This document shows, piece after piece, positions 50,489 to 59,177 of a DNA stretch of 64,000 bases. Position numbers and translations under genes: made by a program. Below the pieces are notes generated by a model that searched no databases, was not told where the DNA came from, and saw only the letters and a program-made list of their open reading frames with translations. Source of the DNA: a virus; IMG/VR virus record IMGVR_UViG_3300022752_000037, positions 1-64,000 of that record; one strand, given 5' to 3'. Position 1 is the stretch's first letter. Every line of letters starts with the position of its first letter.

Positions 50489-50971
50489 TTATTCGCTAGG
50501 ATCAAGTGGCCACTGCACGTTCCACGGGAATCCTTCTTGTAGACTAACATCTCTCAGTGCTTGCCTATAATTTTTATATTCTAATTTCTTTTCTTCAGAA
50601 AGCGGACTATCGGGCAGTTGAGACCAATCTGTCATATATAATCGACCATCTCGTAATCTTCTAATAGATTCTTCCTGTTCTTTATCTTCAGCTAGGCATT
50701 CTTCAGGTGTTTTATCTACAACTTCCCAGTTTTGAAACCAAATTCCATTGTAGGGATTTAGTCGAGGAGTTCCTTCAACTATTTTTTTATACCGTTCAAC
50801 AGATGGTTGTTGACTGAATTCATAGATCCCATAACCTAAGGACTGAACCAAAGCAGGGGTAATTATTTGATTAAAATTAAAATCAGGAAATAAGTATTCC
50901 ATGTTTTCTTGGACTAAAGGATATCCCACTGCTAGTTCATTTTCTAACTTTATAAACATTGTCATTGTCAA
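50489..50971 (-). CDS. tail fibre assembly chaperone
   Basis: RRLRD..L..TDWSQLPD...YRQALRD...FPWNVQWP motif. Confidence 0.85.
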   Translation of the reverse strand: MTMTMFIKLENELAVGYPLVQENMEYLFPDFNFNQIITPALVQSLGYGIYEFSQQPSVERYKKIVEGTPRLNPYNGIWFQNWEVVDKTPEECLAEDKEQEESIRRLRDGRLYMTDWSQLPDSPLSEEKKLEYKNYRQALRDVSLQEGFPWNVQWPLDPSE

Positions 50972-51864
50972 ATATTTCCTGTGTTATTTGAAGGAAAGCT
51001 ACGATTCGGTCCCCAGATGATTCTTAACCCTCCCGCAGCAGATTGACCGGAACTTTCGCCGGCATAGGCAGCAGACGTAGAACCTCCAGCGCCGCCGCCA
51101 TACGCTCCGCCACTACCTCCTACAGCAGAATTAAATCCATTGGTGGCCTGTGTACCATTCCCTCCGCCACTGCCTCCTCCTCCACCAGCTCCTGTTCTTG
51201 TTGCGGCAGCGGCACCATCAGCTCCTTGTCCAAGTAATCCAGTACCTCCTCCTCCTCCTCCAGAGTAGTAACTAGTGTAACCTGCCATTGTAGATCCTCC
51301 ACCTCCAGCGCCGCCGGATCCAGCTGTTACTGCATCTCGATCTGATTCACCGTTTCCACCGTTTCCGGAGTATCCACCTGCTCCACCTCCCGCAGAAGCG
51401 CTAAAGTTTCCACCGCCGCCTCCACCTTTTCCTCCCGATCCACCCCCGTCTCCTGCGTATCCACCACCAATTCCGCCAAATTTTTCACCGTACGGCGCCC
51501 CACCTCCTCCTCCTCTTACCGTGGTGGTGTTAATAAAATAACTGTCTGCTCCAGCTGACAAGGTTGCCCAACGTGATCCTCCAGAACCTCCGCCGCCTAT
51601 GATTACAAGATAGCCAGTCCCAGGAACTACTGGGATATTATTTTTCCATCCTAATCCACCACCACCACCAGCACCTTGGTTAAAACCATTGTAGCCAAAT
51701 CCTGCTACAGATCCACCACCACCACCAATAGCTACAACATGCACTTTAGTTACACCCGCAGGTGCAGTAAATGTATAAGTACCTGGAGTTGTATACTGTA
51801 CTTGTCCTGTAGGACCGCCTTCAATAGAATACGATCCAAGAGCTAGTCCTAATTTTCCGCCCAT
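50968..51864 (-). CDS. glycine-rich virion protein
   Basis: TPGTYTFTAPAGVT, AIGGGG and RIIWG motifs; start at 51864 via TAATG coupling. Confidence 0.75.
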   Translation of the reverse strand: MGGKLGLALGSYSIEGGPTGQVQYTTPGTYTFTAPAGVTKVHVVAIGGGGGSVAGFGYNGFNQGAGGGGGLGWKNNIPVVPGTGYLVIIGGGGSGGSRWATLSAGADSYFINTTTVRGGGGGAPYGEKFGGIGGGYAGDGGGSGGKGGGGGGNFSASAGGGAGGYSGNGGNGESDRDAVTAGSGGAGGGGSTMAGYTSYYSGGGGGGTGLLGQGADGAAAATRTGAGGGGGSGGGNGTQATNGFNSAVGGSGGAYGGGAGGSTSAAYAGESSGQSAAGGLRIIWGPNRSFPSNNTGNI

Positions 51865-53618
51865 TAAGTAATTCCTATTCCTGTAATATACCAAATATCT
51901 TGTGCAACCTTTAGTAACGTAGCTAGCCCATTTGCTGCCATAGTCCTGTTACCGGTAGTAGTTGTATTGGCTAATTTTAGAGTTACTCCTGTACCTTGAA
52001 TTATTGTAAAAGATGACCCGCTGCTAACAATAGAAATAACAGTGCCTATTGGAAATGGTACGCTAGCATTTGGCGGCACAGTGATGTTAGATGCTAGATA
52101 TAAATGTTTTCCATTATCAGAAGCAATGAGAGTTCCGGTAGCATTTGAGCTTTGAGGCATATTTCTAAAACCTATTTCGTAGGCATTTGTACCATCTGAA
52201 ATAGTGCTAGAGTTAGAAATAGCTACTCCAGTTAAACTACCATTTGTTATTGTTGGTGTATCAATAGTTGGAGTATTAATTGTTGGGGTTGTTAAGGTCT
52301 TGTTTGTCAGTGTCTCAGTACCGGCAGTACTGACAAAATTAGCATTGCTACAAGCTGTATTAAATTCTGCTAATGTTCCTGTAAGAGTATTATTTGATAA
52401 ATTAATTGATTTATTTGTTAATCCTTGACTTCCATCTGTAATAACTATGTTATTCACATTACCTGTAAATGCATTTGTAACAGATATAATACCATTTGTT
52501 ATACTAATTGTTGTACCATCTATTTTTACGCCGCCTAACTGGGAAGTGCTAGCTGTGGGTAATGTGTAAGTAGGGCTACTAGGCTGTATCCATTCCGACC
52601 CTGTATATATTACGAAATTACCAGATCCACTGTCTAACCATGCAGATCCTATACTAGGACTAGATGGAGTATTATCACTTACAGTAATTGTTCCTCCTAT
52701 TTCTCCTTGAACTGCGCTTATTATTCCATTGCTAATAGTTATTGTAGTTCCGTCTACTATAACTCCGCCTTTTTGAGTTGTACTAGCTGTGGCCAATGAT
52801 ATAGTGCCACTACTATTATTTAATCCACTCGAAGCTACATTAGGTACAATAACTCCGCCTCTGGTTGAACTTGTAGCAGCAGGCAGTGTATATTGAGTAG
52901 GAATATCTGAAGCTAGTGGAACAGGAGTCCATTGTCCGCTGTGAGCAAAATAAATCCGACCTTCATTATGACAATGTGCTATCATTCCATGCCATGTACT
53001 AGCACTAACTTCTGATTCTAATTGTGCTAAACTGTTCCAATGAAATCTTATTTTATTCTTTTGAGCAGTAACTTGTATTCGTCCATCTACTTTAAATTCA
53101 CCGCTACTACCAGTTCCTGACCATGTTACCTGACTCTGATCACTAACTGTGTCTCCTGGAAGAGCATAATAGGCAAAGCGTCCTTCTTGCAGAGTAGGAC
53201 TAACTGTTCCACTTCCTGCTCCACCGCCTGTGCCGCCAGTAGTCCATGGAACATGACTTGGTTGAATCCATTGATAGCTATTACCATCGTAATAATAAAC
53301 ATAAAGTTTACCATTTGTAGTGTTAAGCCATATGGCTCCTGATTCTAAATCTTCTGTAGGTGCTGTATCAGAAACCGTTATACTTGCACTGCCTGTACCA
53401 CCACCTGCATCTTCTAACTTGGCTAAAAATGCTGCTGTACTTACATTGCTTAGATCATCATGGGCAAGGGCGAATCCTCCCTTGGTAGTTCCATCCATTA
53501 TGTTTAGAGTTTTTTTGGTAGTATTATACCAAATTACTCCGCTTTCAGATAAACGACGTTCAATGTCATCATCGTCTTTGCCTCGTACTCGTAGATACCT
53601 TAAAGGTAAAACTGCCAT
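51864..53618 (-). CDS. tail fibre protein
   Basis: Repeated LPxAT...GGVxxDG units, VSDTAP..G..W and TETLTNKTL motifs. Confidence 0.75.
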   Translation of the reverse strand: MAVLPLRYLRVRGKDDDDIERRLSESGVIWYNTTKKTLNIMDGTTKGGFALAHDDLSNVSTAAFLAKLEDAGGGTGSASITVSDTAPTEDLESGAIWLNTTNGKLYVYYYDGNSYQWIQPSHVPWTTGGTGGGAGSGTVSPTLQEGRFAYYALPGDTVSDQSQVTWSGTGSSGEFKVDGRIQVTAQKNKIRFHWNSLAQLESEVSASTWHGMIAHCHNEGRIYFAHSGQWTPVPLASDIPTQYTLPAATSSTRGGVIVPNVASSGLNNSSGTISLATASTTQKGGVIVDGTTITISNGIISAVQGEIGGTITVSDNTPSSPSIGSAWLDSGSGNFVIYTGSEWIQPSSPTYTLPTASTSQLGGVKIDGTTISITNGIISVTNAFTGNVNNIVITDGSQGLTNKSINLSNNTLTGTLAEFNTACSNANFVSTAGTETLTNKTLTTPTINTPTIDTPTITNGSLTGVAISNSSTISDGTNAYEIGFRNMPQSSNATGTLIASDNGKHLYLASNITVPPNASVPFPIGTVISIVSSGSSFTIIQGTGVTLKLANTTTTGNRTMAANGLATLLKVAQDIWYITGIGIT

Positions 53619-53652
53619 AAAATACTCTCTTAATAAGAGTATTTATTTGTTT

Positions 53653-54318
53653 TTAAACTACTTTTGCTTGCCCATTATAGGTCAGTTGACCAGCAGCTGG
53701 ATCATCGTAATAAAAATCAGGATTTCCATTAAAATCAACATTTAAAGTCCTACGTAATCCATCTCCTTGAGGATACACACCATGAGGAATCCAGCTTGGA
53801 AAAATTACTAAACTGCCTCTTCCTGGTACAAAATGCATAGTTCGTGTGCGTGGAATACTTAGGCTTGAATAGCTATCTGAATGAAATACAAAGTAAATTT
53901 GCCCCTCGGGATCATTAGGTTTGTCCGGAACATTGAGATATAACACACTGCTTATATTATTTGGTCCATGATCGTGTAGAGTATGATAGCTTCCCTTTTC
54001 TCCTGTTACCATCCATGCTGAATAAGCATGTATTTTTTTCCAATTATCAGGCATTTTTCCATGATGAATTAACTGTCGTTGAACCATGTTTTCTAAATAT
54101 ACTTTTAGTTTGGGCCATAACTTGGGTTCTGTAATTGTAGACCCAGGTAACCATCGTGGAGGAATTATATAATTTTGTACTGATCCTATACCTTTAGCAC
54201 TAGTGTACATATTAAAATTTGTTGTATCAACCTGTTGGGCCAACTCATCATAAAAATGTAAATCTTCAACAAAATCTATGATAACCCAGTTTAATCCTTC
54301 TTGAATTAATTGACTCAT
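53653..54318 (-). CDS. putative 2OG-Fe(II) oxygenase
   Basis: HTLHDH, ISSVLYL and FPSWIPHGVYP...RRTLN motifs. Confidence 0.8.
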   Translation of the reverse strand: MSQLIQEGLNWVIIDFVEDLHFYDELAQQVDTTNFNMYTSAKGIGSVQNYIIPPRWLPGSTITEPKLWPKLKVYLENMVQRQLIHHGKMPDNWKKIHAYSAWMVTGEKGSYHTLHDHGPNNISSVLYLNVPDKPNDPEGQIYFVFHSDSYSSLSIPRTRTMHFVPGRGSLVIFPSWIPHGVYPQGDGLRRTLNVDFNGNPDFYYDDPAAGQLTYNGQAKVV

Positions 54319-55787
54319 TATGACTCCGGGTTATCTATTATCCACTGTAATGCTGTTCTGTGATCTACTAATTTTTCGTTTTCAGGTAAATTTATAAGAT
54401 TGTGTAGATTAAATTTTATGCTTTCAATAATGTGATCAGGCTGCTCATTTAAATCTTTGAGAGCTACTTCTTTATCTATTAGACCTAATCCATGCATAAC
54501 TAAAATCCAATTAGCTTCCTTAAATAACACTTGTCTATTAGAAAAATCACTTATACTGGGCATTTTTAATTTATACAGTTCTAATTTTTCTTCTAATCCT
54601 GGAGTAAGCAAAATGTCTCCTACAGATTTCCAAAAATCTGTATCATTTCTACGACTTATATAATGAAGTTGGACAAAATCAAAAATATTTTCTACTATAT
54701 CTTTTGAATTTTCATTAAACACATTTTCGCAATAAGTTCTGTTAGGAACATAACTGTTTAACAATCTACCTAACAATAACGCTTGTTGAATACTTGTTCC
54801 GATACTACTTGCTTCTAATGGTTCTACAAAACTTGAACTTAATCCTATAGCTACACAATTTTTTGTCCAGCTTTTTTCCAAGTATCCTGCATCAAATTTT
54901 ATTTTCTTTGCAACATTGATACTGGTTCCATACAGTCTTTCTACTTCAGTTTGAGCTTGATCAAAGTTGATAAAACTGTCGTTAAAAACATAACCGTTAC
55001 CGTGTCTATCTTGAGTAGGAATTCTCCATAACCATCCTGCATTCATTGCTCTACTTATAGTATAACTGGCTATTTGTTCCGTTCTTTCTGTAGGAAAAGC
55101 TATGGCACTATTCATGGGTAAATATTTTCCATAACTAATCCATTTTACTGCTAATGCTTTTTCCATTATAAATCGATGAAAACCAGTGCTATCAACATAA
55201 AAGTCGTATAAAAGTTCTTGATCTTCCGTAGTTTTAAGACTGTGAACAAATCCTTGTTGGTTTAAATTTACTGTTTTAATCTCTGCTTTTACTATATTAA
55301 TATTTCTTTTTTCACATAGTCTATGAAGATAATCATTTAATTTAAATGTGTTAAAATGAAACTGATTAATTCCCCAATAAGGTTGTCTATGTAAACTTTG
55401 TTCTATATAACTATGTGTCAGTCCGTTTTCAGCTGCCCCGTTGGCAATAAGATAGCTGTAGATAAATTTACTTCCTGTCTGACTTTCTATATTAAAACTA
55501 CTGCTTACGTTTTGAATATAGTGTTTTCCGTCTCCTTGCCAATTAATAAAATTAATTCCGTATTTAAAAGTAGCATCAGTTTCTTTAACAAGTTCATGAA
55601 GTTTAATATCACAGTGAACCATGAACTGAGCCCAATGTTCAGTGCTGCCTTCACCTACTCCTACTATACCGATCTTATCTGACTCTACTAGGTCAATTTT
55701 TAATTTGGGGTAATCCTTTCGTAGAACAAGAGCTGTAATAAGCCCTGCTGTTCCTCCTCCTACAATGGCCAAGTTATTAATTTGCAT
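54318..55787 (-). CDS. flavin-dependent (tryptophan-type) halogenase
   Basis: GGGTAG, GVGEGS, ATFKYGI (catalytic Lys position), GWLWRIP and FVEPLEAS motifs. Confidence 0.9.
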   Translation of the reverse strand: MQINNLAIVGGGTAGLITALVLRKDYPKLKIDLVESDKIGIVGVGEGSTEHWAQFMVHCDIKLHELVKETDATFKYGINFINWQGDGKHYIQNVSSSFNIESQTGSKFIYSYLIANGAAENGLTHSYIEQSLHRQPYWGINQFHFNTFKLNDYLHRLCEKRNINIVKAEIKTVNLNQQGFVHSLKTTEDQELLYDFYVDSTGFHRFIMEKALAVKWISYGKYLPMNSAIAFPTERTEQIASYTISRAMNAGWLWRIPTQDRHGNGYVFNDSFINFDQAQTEVERLYGTSINVAKKIKFDAGYLEKSWTKNCVAIGLSSSFVEPLEASSIGTSIQQALLLGRLLNSYVPNRTYCENVFNENSKDIVENIFDFVQLHYISRRNDTDFWKSVGDILLTPGLEEKLELYKLKMPSISDFSNRQVLFKEANWILVMHGLGLIDKEVALKDLNEQPDHIIESIKFNLHNLINLPENEKLVDHRTALQWIIDNPES

Positions 55788-56232
55788 ATTCTATCTCATC
55801 TGGTGCAGGTAATTCACAAGTGTGTATGGTTTGATAGGTTAAATATAAACTGTTTATGTAATCAAACATTAAATTGAGATGCCATTCTAATCCTTGTTTT
55901 TTCCAAGGAGTTTTCCAATGATTTTTAATCAAACCAGGCACATCATATTTTTGCTCTACGATTATAACTGTGGAAGATATTAATCTTAAATTTTTAATAA
56001 GATCTACAGGATCGTCAATTTCTTCTAAAATTTCATTTAAGATCACATAATCAAATTTCATATCTGATTTATAAGTAAACTTATTGTCCTGATATAAATC
56101 ATCCATATTCACACATACATAGATATCCGCATCTTGTTCTATAAGTTTACTATGATCTTTAATAGATAAAATTTTTTTACTTTTTTTTATTTTATCTGCT
56201 AAAATTTCATCAATTGTAAGAAATTCTGACAT
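55777..56232 (-). CDS. methyltransferase-like protein (possibly degenerate)
   Basis: FDYVILNEILEEIDDP resembles a SAM-MTase motif; no clear motif I. Confidence 0.45.
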   Translation of the reverse strand: MSEFLTIDEILADKIKKSKKILSIKDHSKLIEQDADIYVCVNMDDLYQDNKFTYKSDMKFDYVILNEILEEIDDPVDLIKNLRLISSTVIIVEQKYDVPGLIKNHWKTPWKKQGLEWHLNLMFDYINSLYLTYQTIHTCELPAPDEIEYAN

Positions 56233-57882
56233 TTAGATTCCTTTTTTCCTAACCACATTAATATAAAGTCCATTCCACCAATTAACGTCAGACTCTACAT
56301 CATTTAATATTTTTCTCTCATATATCAAGTCGTAATCTGTTTTAGCCCAAGCATCTTGAGCACCATCTACTATACCTTCCCAATTAGCATCATCTAAAAT
56401 TACTATGGCTGTATCGGCAAAACAAGATGAAAAATATCTTAATGCATTAGAAGTAGATTCTTTACTGTGATCTCCGTCGTAAAAAAATAAATCAATTTTT
56501 TCCAATTCGGCACGATTGACAGATAAAAAATCACAATCGAATACTTTTACAGAATTATTTCCTTTATATTTTTTAATATTTTCGATAAATTCTTTTTTAT
56601 TATTGTCGGGTAATCCATCACGTTTTTCAGCTTGTATGTTAGTTGACCAATTGTCAACAGCATAGGCAGTCAAGCAATTATCTTTTAAAACTGAACATAT
56701 TGTAGCACCTAAGAAACTACCAACTTCTAAGTATACTTTACTGTGTTTTCCTAAATAATTTAATAACTTTTGTACTCTATTACTAGTAAGTCCTGGCAAA
56801 TTTATATCTAGATCAAGATTTACGCTTTCTACAATACTGTTTACTGCTAATTTAATTTTAGCATCTACTTCTTGATTCTTTTTTGCCGCCCAAATTTTAT
56901 CACAATAATGACAGTCCCAACACTCAAATTTACATGTTCGAATTTTTTCGCGCCAAACATTAATAGGTTTTTCAACTAGGTTAGTTTCTTGTATAAAATC
57001 TTCAAAAGTATCAAACAATATTTCTTTATTATTGGCATATCGTTTGATTATAGTGCATGTTTCGTGTAATCGAGAAATGCTTTCTCTTCCATGCATTTTA
57101 AAAACATCTATTCCAAGATTGTTTATAAAATCATCCCAGTCTTCTTTCCAAGGAGGTAAGTCTGCTGCTTTGAGCGGAGAACTAGGATCTATATTATCCC
57201 ATTTGGCACAACTTACACGACTAATAGGATCGTTAAAATATTGAGGACCAGTTGAACGAGTATTATTGAATTCATAATGCTCCTCCATATAAGCACATCC
57301 ACCCATACAGCCTTCATTGGCCAATAAGGCTATTTTGACCTTGCTATATTCCTTGGCTTTTTTAATTTCTAACAACTTTTGTCTATCTCTCATAAGATTT
57401 CGATCTATGTTAATATAGTGAAATCCTGCATTAGCTTGTTCTACTACCTCACGCGGTTCAGTAGTTTTTCGTAAAATTGTATTTTTAATCAGCAATTCAG
57501 GAAATTCTTTTTGAATTTGCTTGGTAGCTAACCAATGAATATGTGGTATAGTAGCACTTTTTACACCAGCTTGATATAAAGGTTTAAAGTTTTTTATCCA
57601 CAAATCTAAATTTTGTTGTGTAGGTCTAACTTGAAGGTTATTGAAAGTAGCACTTATGGTAATTCCAGTTTGATGTTGAATATAAAGTGCTGCTTCTATC
57701 GCAGTCATAGCATCCTGTTCTTGTAAGAAAACGTCACCCATGGCATCTTGGCCGAAAGGAGCAATACGACTTGTAAAGTACACGTCATAGACATAATTCT
57801 TGTAGTGCGAAAGAAAGTCTACAAAATTATAAAATTCTTTTTCGTTTAATTTAGGATTTAATGGTACTGAAAAAATTTTCAT
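56233..57882 (-). CDS. U32-family Fe-S protein fused to a class I methyltransferase
   Basis: NIDRNLMR, ANEGCMGGC, FKMHGR and CKFECWDCHYC; C-terminal YLEVGSFLG, FFYDGDH and ILDD. Confidence 0.75.
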   Translation of the reverse strand: MKIFSVPLNPKLNEKEFYNFVDFLSHYKNYVYDVYFTSRIAPFGQDAMGDVFLQEQDAMTAIEAALYIQHQTGITISATFNNLQVRPTQQNLDLWIKNFKPLYQAGVKSATIPHIHWLATKQIQKEFPELLIKNTILRKTTEPREVVEQANAGFHYINIDRNLMRDRQKLLEIKKAKEYSKVKIALLANEGCMGGCAYMEEHYEFNNTRSTGPQYFNDPISRVSCAKWDNIDPSSPLKAADLPPWKEDWDDFINNLGIDVFKMHGRESISRLHETCTIIKRYANNKEILFDTFEDFIQETNLVEKPINVWREKIRTCKFECWDCHYCDKIWAAKKNQEVDAKIKLAVNSIVESVNLDLDINLPGLTSNRVQKLLNYLGKHSKVYLEVGSFLGATICSVLKDNCLTAYAVDNWSTNIQAEKRDGLPDNNKKEFIENIKKYKGNNSVKVFDCDFLSVNRAELEKIDLFFYDGDHSKESTSNALRYFSSCFADTAIVILDDANWEGIVDGAQDAWAKTDYDLIYERKILNDVESDVNWWNGLYINVVRKKGI

Positions 57883-58577
57883 TAATCAATTTGTTCACTG
57901 GATGTTTTATGTTGACTTGCCAACAATTTATCAATTGTACTAATTTTTTTAGTGTTTGTCAACTCCAATTTTACATCTTCGTCCATATATCCTATTGCTT
58001 TGTTCAAACTATTGGTATAAGACAGTCCTAATCTTATAACTTCTTGTTGATCTTCTATAGGCATCATAGAAATACTATCAAGATTTCCTTGACCTATTCG
58101 TCCTAAAGCCAGCATATCTAAAGCAGCCTGTTTGCCCATTCTTAGAATCCAATATTCTCTTTCTTTTTCTTCATTGTGTCCTTTATAACTTTCTAATGAT
58201 TCTTTGTCAGGAACAAGTTCTTTGATTAGGTTACAAAACATATCTAACTCTTCCTCACAGATACGTAATTTTTTTTCGTAAACACTATTATCATATTGAT
58301 ATTGATCTAAGTCAATCAAAAGTAATTCCTGTTTTAAAGGATTGGGTTCTGCTGCTATTTCTTCTATTTTTAATTTTATCAAAATATCATTTCTTTTTAG
58401 ATTACGTTCCATTTGTTTCTTAGCAGCTATTCTTGTCTCAATTTCTAATACAGCCTGTTTTACACGCCTATAATCTGTTACATGACTGTTAACTACAAAA
58501 TATCTGCTTTGAAAGTCACTCATAGACCAATTGCCGTATGATTCGGCCAAGGATAATATATCATCATTCGTCAGCAT
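57882..58577 (-). CDS. hypothetical coiled-coil protein
   Basis: 231 aa; MSDFQSRYFV and YWILRMGKQAALD motifs. Confidence 0.7.
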   Translation of the reverse strand: MLTNDDILSLAESYGNWSMSDFQSRYFVVNSHVTDYRRVKQAVLEIETRIAAKKQMERNLKRNDILIKLKIEEIAAEPNPLKQELLLIDLDQYQYDNSVYEKKLRICEEELDMFCNLIKELVPDKESLESYKGHNEEKEREYWILRMGKQAALDMLALGRIGQGNLDSISMMPIEDQQEVIRLGLSYTNSLNKAIGYMDEDVKLELTNTKKISTIDKLLASQHKTSSEQID

Positions 58578-58578
58578 A

Positions 58579-59127
58579 TTAAAATTTTACTCCCCAGATT
58601 GGTGGATTAATACGTCTATTTTCTGAATCAATAAGGCCTGCTTCGCGAGCCAAAGGCCACGGAACTTCTCGTCCAAAATATTTTTCTAAAAACCAGCATA
58701 CCTGTTTTATTGTGGTACAGGCGTCCAGTTCTGCTACAATAGAAATTTCATTACTACGATCTTGTCTACTATCAAATTCTTCTTTTATTCTAAGCTTAGT
58801 GATTTTTTTCATCAGACTAGTTGTAATAGATTCAATCTCTGGGGTCTTATAGACCTTAGTTTTTCTTTTTCCTTGAGCTAGACTTTCCGGATCGGGTTCG
58901 AGTCCTTCCACGTCGCTGTAGGCACTACGGTACTCTCTACATTCGTCATAGAATAAAGATCCTATGTTATATTCTTCTTCTGTAAGAGCAGTATGATAAT
59001 ATATACGATAGCCAGTATATGAAGGATCTTTAATATTAATTAAAGCGAATCCATCGTGACTACTTTTAAAATCTAAAATATCAGTCGATGGAATTTCTTT
59101 CGTAAATTTCACTGCATAAAAGCTCAT
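58579..59127 (-). CDS. hypothetical protein
   Basis: 182 aa with strong RBS AAGGAGG. Confidence 0.7.
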   Translation of the reverse strand: MSFYAVKFTKEIPSTDILDFKSSHDGFALINIKDPSYTGYRIYYHTALTEEEYNIGSLFYDECREYRSAYSDVEGLEPDPESLAQGKRKTKVYKTPEIESITTSLMKKITKLRIKEEFDSRQDRSNEISIVAELDACTTIKQVCWFLEKYFGREVPWPLAREAGLIDSENRRINPPIWGVKF

Positions 59128-59133
59128 AAAAGC

Positions 59134-59163
59134 CTCCTTTAGACTATTTACTGTCTAAAAGAG
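59134..59163 (-). promoter_or_regulatory. late promoter in the loop of an SD-occluding hairpin
   Basis: Minus strand CTCTTTTAGAC-AGTAAATA-GTCTAAAGGAG. Confidence 0.75.
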
Positions 59164-59177
59164 ACGTTTAGATTATT

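Larger units (their letters stand above)
47687..53647 (-). repeat. 21-bp dispersed repeat CTCTTAATAAGAGTATTTATT (47687-47707 and 53627-53647), a late promoter plus leader hairpin
   Basis: Identical copies lie upstream of two fibre genes and contain TAAATA and an inverted repeat. Confidence 0.8.

Noticed and set aside
47730-51864. CCACCACCG-type tandem repeats
   Set aside because: These are simply poly-glycine codons of Gly-rich virion proteins.
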